A DNA stretch of 64,000 nt from Prevotella sp. (GTDB lineage Bacteria > Bacteroidota > Bacteroidia > Bacteroidales > Dysgonomonadaceae): assembly GCA_031285625.1 (NCBI GenBank), contig JAITVV010000080.1:1-64000 (forward strand). Reading direction: 5' to 3'. Position 1 is the stretch's first letter. Every line of letters begins with the position of its first letter. The notes below the pieces were generated by a model. The model saw only the letters and a list, made by a program, of their open reading frames with translations, was not told the origin of the DNA and searched no databases. Both the position numbers and the translations under genes were made by a program. This document shows, piece after piece, positions 58,411 through 64,000 of this stretch.

Positions 58411-59471
58411 ATCAACCTTTGGTTTCGGTGTTAATACCTTGCTATAATGTAGAGGCGTATGTAGAAGAATCGGTATTGTCGATTCTCAATCAAACATATC
58501 CTAATCTGGAGATTATAGCTATTAATGATTGTTCTACTGACAGAACAGGCGAGTTGTTGCAAAAACTGGCTAATCAGGATTCACGCATGAAGGTTTTTAC
58601 GAATGAGGAAAACCTGAAGCTTATAAAAACACTGAATAAGGGTATCGGTCTCTGTAACGGAGAATACATTGCCCGTATGGATGCTGATGATATAGCCCTA
58701 CCGGCGCGTATAGAAAAAGAAGTTAATTTTCTAGAACAGAATAGAGACCATGATATCGTCAGTACACAGTTTTTAGCCTTTCGTTCGGAAAATCCTAAAA
58801 GAAAAGATCTAAATCATAGCCCCTTACATGATTGTGAACTCAGGGCTTATATGTTGTTTCGCTCAGGAATATGTCATCCTGCTGTAATGATCAGAAGAAG
58901 GGTTTTCTCTGAACTTGGATTGAAGTTTGAAGCAGAATACTTACATGTTGAAGATTATGCATTATGGTCGGAAGCCTTATATAAAACGAAATTGGCTAAT
59001 TTAGGTGAGGCATTGTTATTATATAGAGTTCATAAGCACCAGATATCTTCTATACACGAAGACCTTCAGATAGAAAATAAGAAGAGAGTCTTTAAGATTC
59101 ACTGTAATCATTTAGGCTTGCCTACAGATGAAGAATATATTAATATCTATGCATCTGTAGCTGAATGTGTGCCTTTACATTCTTCGTTTGAATACTTAGA
59201 TAGATGTGAAGCTTTTATACTCTCATTAGTACAACTGAATGAAGATAAACCATTCTGTGATGACCTTTTTTTGAAAAAAATGTTGTCAATAACATGGTTG
59301 CGTCTATGTGCCAATTCTCGTCTAGGGTTGAAGGTTGTGAAAAAATTGAAAGCCTCTTCCTTGTATAGCAAAGCTGATTATTCTTTAAGAGATTTGGCTG
59401 TTTTTTATACAAAATGTACTTTTAGACTTAGGTATAAGAAGTCCTTTATTTATAAACTTGTATTCAGATAA
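58407..59471 (+). CDS. Glycosyltransferase family 2
   Basis: VSVLIPCYN, INDCSTD, ARMDADD, EDYALW. Confidence 0.92.
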   Translation: MNQPLVSVLIPCYNVEAYVEESVLSILNQTYPNLEIIAINDCSTDRTGELLQKLANQDSRMKVFTNEENLKLIKTLNKGIGLCNGEYIARMDADDIALPARIEKEVNFLEQNRDHDIVSTQFLAFRSENPKRKDLNHSPLHDCELRAYMLFRSGICHPAVMIRRRVFSELGLKFEAEYLHVEDYALWSEALYKTKLANLGEALLLYRVHKHQISSIHEDLQIENKKRVFKIHCNHLGLPTDEEYINIYASVAECVPLHSSFEYLDRCEAFILSLVQLNEDKPFCDDLFLKKMLSITWLRLCANSRLGLKVVKKLKASSLYSKADYSLRDLAVFYTKCTFRLRYKKSFIYKLVFR

Positions 59472-59473
59472 GT

Positions 59474-60769
59474 ATGCCAAAGTTGAAACATATTATTCCC
59501 ATGTTACTGCCATTAATAGTCATGTTCTATTATATTTATCCGCAGGCATTAGACATAAGAGGATCGTCTTTTATCTCTTTATCCGGGGTAGTTGGGCTTG
59601 GGGTATATGCATATCATCGTTTCCCGTTCAAAGAAGTGGTTTTCTTGTTATGCGGTTTTTTTGTGTTGTTCTTTACATTTTATTCTTCAACATGGATTAA
59701 TGGGGCTTACGATGATTATAGTATGAGCTATGCAAAGAGTCAGATTGCATGCTTATTTTCAGCATACCTGGTTATTTTCTTAATTTTTAAAACACATGTA
59801 AGACCCTCACTAAATACTGTTTTATTATACATCATTGCAGCTATAGCTTTACAATCTTTTCTGGCTTTTCTAATGTATATCAGTGAACCTATTGAAACTT
59901 TCCTTTTCTCACTTCAGATGCAGGTTGATTATACAGAAGAGATTAGAGAAGAGGCTGGACGGCAACGCTTGATGGGATATGGAATTGGGTTCTTTGGAGC
60001 AGGTGCGATTAGTGGGATAGCACTTATTTTGTTATCCTATCTGTTCATGAGGATGAAATTGAAAACTACAGAATTTGTGCTGCTGGCTGGACTGTATGTT
60101 CTTATTTTCTATATTGGCTTATTTATGGCGCGTACAACAATTGTGGGTATGGCCGTAGGATTTGGCGTGATAGCAGTTTTATACATTTGGGATAACCGAG
60201 CTGTAAAGAAGCAGGCTAAGACATTTGTTATTGCTTCTATTTTTTTGATGGCAGCCGGTTATGTTTTTGCAATGTTTTATTTCTCTAGTTTTTCTGACTG
60301 GGCATTTGAGTTGTTTACAAATCTGTTCGTTCATGGTAGGTTAGAAACAAAGTCATCCAGCGGATTAGCCGAAATGTTTATAATTCCTGAAGAAACATGG
60401 ACTCTTATTTTTGGTACCGGATCGTCGGCGTTTTTTGGTAGTGATGTAGGATATACACGTATTCTTTTCTATGTAGGTATAATTGGAGGATTAGCCTTCT
60501 TCTTATATCCATTGTTTATAATAAAATTGAGCATGACTAAAGACTGGGGAGTTAATATTGTAGCTTTCTCAATATATGTATATTCACTAGCCCTTAATAT
60601 TAAGGGGTTGATCGAATTGAATCTTATATTATACCTTATTTTCTTTTATTTCATGTTCTATAGGTATTATATTTATTACCCTAAGCAGTACAGAATGGCA
60701 TTGAAAAGGAAAAAAATGAGAGAGGCGTATAAAAAATCTCCAACAGAAGTAATAGATATTACAAAATGA
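59474..60769 (+). CDS. Polytopic membrane protein, probable Wzy polymerase
   Basis: About 11-12 TM segments, ARTT and SDVGY..GIIG motifs; within a glycosyltransferase cluster. Confidence 0.65.
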   Translation: MPKLKHIIPMLLPLIVMFYYIYPQALDIRGSSFISLSGVVGLGVYAYHRFPFKEVVFLLCGFFVLFFTFYSSTWINGAYDDYSMSYAKSQIACLFSAYLVIFLIFKTHVRPSLNTVLLYIIAAIALQSFLAFLMYISEPIETFLFSLQMQVDYTEEIREEAGRQRLMGYGIGFFGAGAISGIALILLSYLFMRMKLKTTEFVLLAGLYVLIFYIGLFMARTTIVGMAVGFGVIAVLYIWDNRAVKKQAKTFVIASIFLMAAGYVFAMFYFSSFSDWAFELFTNLFVHGRLETKSSSGLAEMFIIPEETWTLIFGTGSSAFFGSDVGYTRILFYVGIIGGLAFFLYPLFIIKLSMTKDWGVNIVAFSIYVYSLALNIKGLIELNLILYLIFFYFMFYRYYIYYPKQYRMALKRKKMREAYKKSPTEVIDITK

Positions 60770-61473
60770 AAGAGTGTATTATATTGGCGGGAGGCTTAGG
60801 TACGCGGCTCCAATCTGTAGTGAGTAATGTTCCTAAATGTATGGCTGAAGTGGCTGGTAAGCCATTTCTGAGCTATCTGTTTGATTATTTACAAAAAAAT
60901 GATTTTGATCACGTAATTTTAGCGTTGGGTTACAAATCTGAAATAGTTCTCCAATGGCTTGAAGGCGTAATTTATCCATTCTCTGTATCATATGTTATCG
61001 AAGAAGATCCTCTTGGTACGGGAGGGGCTATAAAGCTTGCTTTTGGAAAAGTCCAGGGAGATAAATCCTTTGTTTTTAATGGAGATACTTTTTTTGAAAT
61101 AGATACTGATAATCTTTTAGAGTTTCATAAAAAGAAGAATGCTGTTATTTCATTAGCTCTCAAACCAATGCTTGACTTCGATCGTTATGGTTCGGTTGAC
61201 TTGGATGAGGAACAGCGTATTATACGTTTCAATGAAAAACAGCATTGTAAAAAAGGCTTGATAAATGGAGGTGTGTATATAATTAACAAGGAGTTGTTTA
61301 CACGTTTGGATTTACCTGAAAAATTTTCATTCGAAAAAGATATTCTTGAAGCACATTTGCTCGATATTTTGGTATATGGTTGTCAGCAAGACAGGTATTT
61401 TATCGATATAGGTATTCCATCTGATTTCGAAAAAGCTAATCAGGAATTTAAGAATAGATATTTTGATGATTGA
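60766..61473 (+). CDS. hddC: D-glycero-alpha-D-manno-heptose 1-phosphate guanylyltransferase
   Basis: LAGGLGTRL..PK, EEDPLGTGG, NGDT, FIDIGIP; next to gmhB and hddA. Confidence 0.82.
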   Translation: MKECIILAGGLGTRLQSVVSNVPKCMAEVAGKPFLSYLFDYLQKNDFDHVILALGYKSEIVLQWLEGVIYPFSVSYVIEEDPLGTGGAIKLAFGKVQGDKSFVFNGDTFFEIDTDNLLEFHKKKNAVISLALKPMLDFDRYGSVDLDEEQRIIRFNEKQHCKKGLINGGVYIINKELFTRLDLPEKFSFEKDILEAHLLDILVYGCQQDRYFIDIGIPSDFEKANQEFKNRYFDD

Positions 61474-62008
61474 CTTTAGTAAATATAAATATTTATTCCT
61501 TGACAGAGACGGAGTGGTCAATGTAGAGAGACCTGATGATTATGTAAAATGCATTTCGGAGTTTGTATTTATAGATGGTTCTCTACAAGCCATTGCAAAA
61601 TTAACGAAGAAGTTTGATTATATTTTTATTATTACAAATCAACGGGGAGTTGGACGTAATATAATGACTCTGCTAGACTTGCAACGAGTACATGCATTTA
61701 TGTTGTCGGAAATAGAAAAGGCCGGAGGAAGAATAGCACAAATATACTTCTGTACAGATATAGACTCTACTTCTATAAACAGGAAACCTAACATTGGGAT
61801 GGCTTTTCAGGCGCAACGTGATTTCCCGGATGTAAATTTCTTAGAATCAATAATGGTTGGAAATAGTAAATCGGACATTGAGTTTGGTAACAAGCTGGGT
61901 ATGTATACGGTTTTGGTTGGGGACAAATATAATGCAGACCATAAAATATACGGAGATATAGATGCATATTGCGAAAATCTGTATAAGTTTGCAGAGAGTT
62001 TAAATTGA
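61463..62008 (+). CDS. gmhB: Heptose 1,7-bisphosphate phosphatase (HAD IIIA)
   Basis: FLDRDGVVN, ITNQRG, RKPNIGM. Confidence 0.85.
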   Translation: MMIDFSKYKYLFLDRDGVVNVERPDDYVKCISEFVFIDGSLQAIAKLTKKFDYIFIITNQRGVGRNIMTLLDLQRVHAFMLSEIEKAGGRIAQIYFCTDIDSTSINRKPNIGMAFQAQRDFPDVNFLESIMVGNSKSDIEFGNKLGMYTVLVGDKYNADHKIYGDIDAYCENLYKFAESLN

Positions 62009-62021
62009 TAAATACAAAATC

Positions 62022-63050
62022 ATGATTATAAGAAGTAAGGCACCTTTCAGATTAGGTTTAGCTGGTGGTGGAACAGATGTTTCACCTTATTCAGATTTGT
62101 ATGGAGGATGTATTCTGAATGCAACAATCAATTTATATGCATACGCCAATATCGAACCCCGTAACGATAACAAAATAGTATTCCGTATACCTCAGACTGA
62201 GGAAGAATATATCTTCGATGCCGCACTAGAGCTACCTATATTACATGATAAGGCCGACCTGATGAAAGGTATTTATAACAGGGTTATAAAGGATTTCATT
62301 AAGAAACCTCTGTCTTTTACCCTGACTTGTGCATTAGAAGTGCCATTTGGTTCGGGGTTGGGTACTTCATCTACTCTGGCCACTGCAATACTGGGAGCAT
62401 ATACCGAATGGTTGTCGTTGCCTTTGGGTGATTATGATCTTGCTTATCTTGCATACCTTATTGAAAGAATAGATCTTGAACAGGCCGGAGGAAAACAGGA
62501 TCAATATGCTGCAGCATTCGGCGGATTTAATTTTATGGAGTTTTATGCTGAGGATAAGGTTATTGTTAATCCGTTGCGTATTCGTAATGAGATTATAAAT
62601 GAACTATCAAATAACTTGCTGTTATATTATACAAACTCGAGCCGTAATTCCGGCGATATTATCGAAAAACAGCAGAAAAATGTAAAAGAACATAAGGATA
62701 AATCTGTGGAAGCAATGCATCAGATAAAAAAACAGGCTTATGAAATAAAAGAGGCTATTCTGAAAAATAATCTGGATGAAATAGGTAATATATTACACCG
62801 CGGATGGACTTATAAGAGAGATATGGCTGATGGTATATCCACTCCGTTATTTGAAGAATTATATAATACAGCGATAGATGCCGGATCTACGGGTGGTAAA
62901 ATATCCGGAGCGGGAGGTGGAGGATATGTGTTTTTCTATTGCCCTGATAATACTCGTTTTGCTGTAGCTAAAGCTTTGGAAGGCCTCGGCGGATGGGTGC
63001 AACCTTATACTTTTACAAAAAAAGGTTTGGAAACTTGGCATACTAAATAA
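62022..63050 (+). CDS. hddA: D-glycero-alpha-D-manno-heptose 7-phosphate kinase (GHMP family)
   Basis: RSKAPFRLGLAGGGTDV, GSGLGTSS, GGKQDQYAA, GKISGAGGGG. Confidence 0.88.
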   Translation: MIIRSKAPFRLGLAGGGTDVSPYSDLYGGCILNATINLYAYANIEPRNDNKIVFRIPQTEEEYIFDAALELPILHDKADLMKGIYNRVIKDFIKKPLSFTLTCALEVPFGSGLGTSSTLATAILGAYTEWLSLPLGDYDLAYLAYLIERIDLEQAGGKQDQYAAAFGGFNFMEFYAEDKVIVNPLRIRNEIINELSNNLLLYYTNSSRNSGDIIEKQQKNVKEHKDKSVEAMHQIKKQAYEIKEAILKNNLDEIGNILHRGWTYKRDMADGISTPLFEELYNTAIDAGSTGGKISGAGGGGYVFFYCPDNTRFAVAKALEGLGGWVQPYTFTKKGLETWHTK

Positions 63051-63056
63051 AGCTGA

Positions 63057-63890
63057 ATGAAAATAGCAGTTCTTATACGTGTATATGACCGGATTGAAGA
63101 TTTGAAATATAACCTTCAGATCATATCAGATACATGGAAGGAAAATGATTATTATATTATTGTTGTAAGCAATGGAAGGAGCAACGGCTTCGAGGTCTTA
63201 CCGGAATCATTACCTTTTATCGATAAGTTTATCGTCTTGGAGCAGAATGCAGGACATCGTAAAGGTAACTCCCAGTTGCTGATGGAAGGTATTAAGGCTA
63301 TTCCTGCTGATTGTGCTTTTACACTGATACTCGAAGCTGATACTTGGATGTATGGTGATACCATTATATCTAAGTATACAAGCCTCCTGAAGAACTCCAA
63401 AGCTGTATGGGCCAGTGCAGACTGGTACGATAAATATTACGCATTAGCAACAGATTTTGCAATCGTAAAAACAGATTATATCAGACTAAATCCGGGTATA
63501 TTCGATTTTGAACTTTTCCCTGAATGCCATATAACTAATTTTTTAAGAGATACTAATGCGGATTTTATATGGATAACGGAGAATATGCCGGTGCATGTAC
63601 CTAGTTATGTAAATTATAAATATCCATATGTACCGAATATAAAAGAAGGCCGTTTTTATGTTTTTCCAAAATCGAAAACGGTTACACATCATATCGAATT
63701 TCTAAAAGGAGGTATGTATCAAAAGAAGGGTTATTTCAATATAATAGCCAATTGTGATTATTTCTCTAATATCAAGACTGGTAATAAAGGATGGAACCGG
63801 TTTAAGATGAGGTTTTGGACTGGATTGACGAAGCTTTTTATTAAGAGGAGCTGGTATAGTAAGAAGACATATAAAGATATTGAAGAATAG
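63057..63890 (+). CDS. Divergent GT-A fold glycosyltransferase
   Basis: KIAVLIRVYDR..VVSNG..NAG..LEADTW pattern; polysaccharide locus context. Confidence 0.55.
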   Translation: MKIAVLIRVYDRIEDLKYNLQIISDTWKENDYYIIVVSNGRSNGFEVLPESLPFIDKFIVLEQNAGHRKGNSQLLMEGIKAIPADCAFTLILEADTWMYGDTIISKYTSLLKNSKAVWASADWYDKYYALATDFAIVKTDYIRLNPGIFDFELFPECHITNFLRDTNADFIWITENMPVHVPSYVNYKYPYVPNIKEGRFYVFPKSKTVTHHIEFLKGGMYQKKGYFNIIANCDYFSNIKTGNKGWNRFKMRFWTGLTKLFIKRSWYSKKTYKDIEE

Positions 63891-63898
63891 TTTGAATT

Positions 63899-64000
63899 AT
63901 GATATTCTCATCATATAGTTTTATTTTTATCTATTTACCTATTGTGCTTTTGTTATACTTTGGTATGGCAAGGTATGTAAGCCGGAGATTTCAGCAGATT
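63899..64000 (+). CDS. MBOAT-family O-acyltransferase (partial, 5' end)
   Basis: Open to the window edge: MIFSSYSFIFIYLPIVLLLYF, typical of AlgI/DltB-like N-termini. Confidence 0.6.
   Translation, partial: MIFSSYSFIFIYLPIVLLLYFGMARYVSRRFQQI

Noticed and set aside
107-63400. Numerous 60-170 aa ORFs antisense or out of frame within long genes (e.g. 537..938, 5917..6393, 23503..24003, 27976..28575)
   Set aside because: Shadow ORFs overlapping well-supported genes, with no recognisable motifs

Overview
Bacteroidetes (Bacteroidales, most likely Dysgonomonas-like) chromosomal window. The assignment rests on TAnnTTTG -7 promoter boxes, SD-less AT-rich leaders and the gene families present. Most of the window is housekeeping: pncB (two copies), pdxH, fldA, rplU-rpmA, a nitrogen-assimilation cluster (asnB, dapF, dapL, type III glnA, gltBD, gdhA), clpC, rfbB, murB-murA and serC-serA. 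It also holds a MarR-TolC-HlyD-MFS efflux operon, a TPP riboswitch with its TonB receptor and PnuC-family transporter, and the start of a surface-polysaccharide locus with GDP-heptose genes. No rRNA, tRNA, CRISPR array, transposase or integrase was seen. The most notable observations are: (1) a diverged, inverted duplication of a DUF1015-pncB unit, one copy of which is divergent from serC-serA, where DUF1015 carries a ParB/Srx-type DGHHR motif and no serB is present; (2) a 1120-aa bacterial protein colinear with eukaryotic Dna2 nuclease-helicase but lacking the Fe-S cysteine cluster; (3) a stand-alone ~70-nt candidate sRNA with its own promoter and terminator; (4) a shared 20-bp palindromic box in the promoters of fldA-DUF2023 and the TonB receptor-DUF4374 locus. 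Family assignments come from motif recognition by eye, not from database searches.
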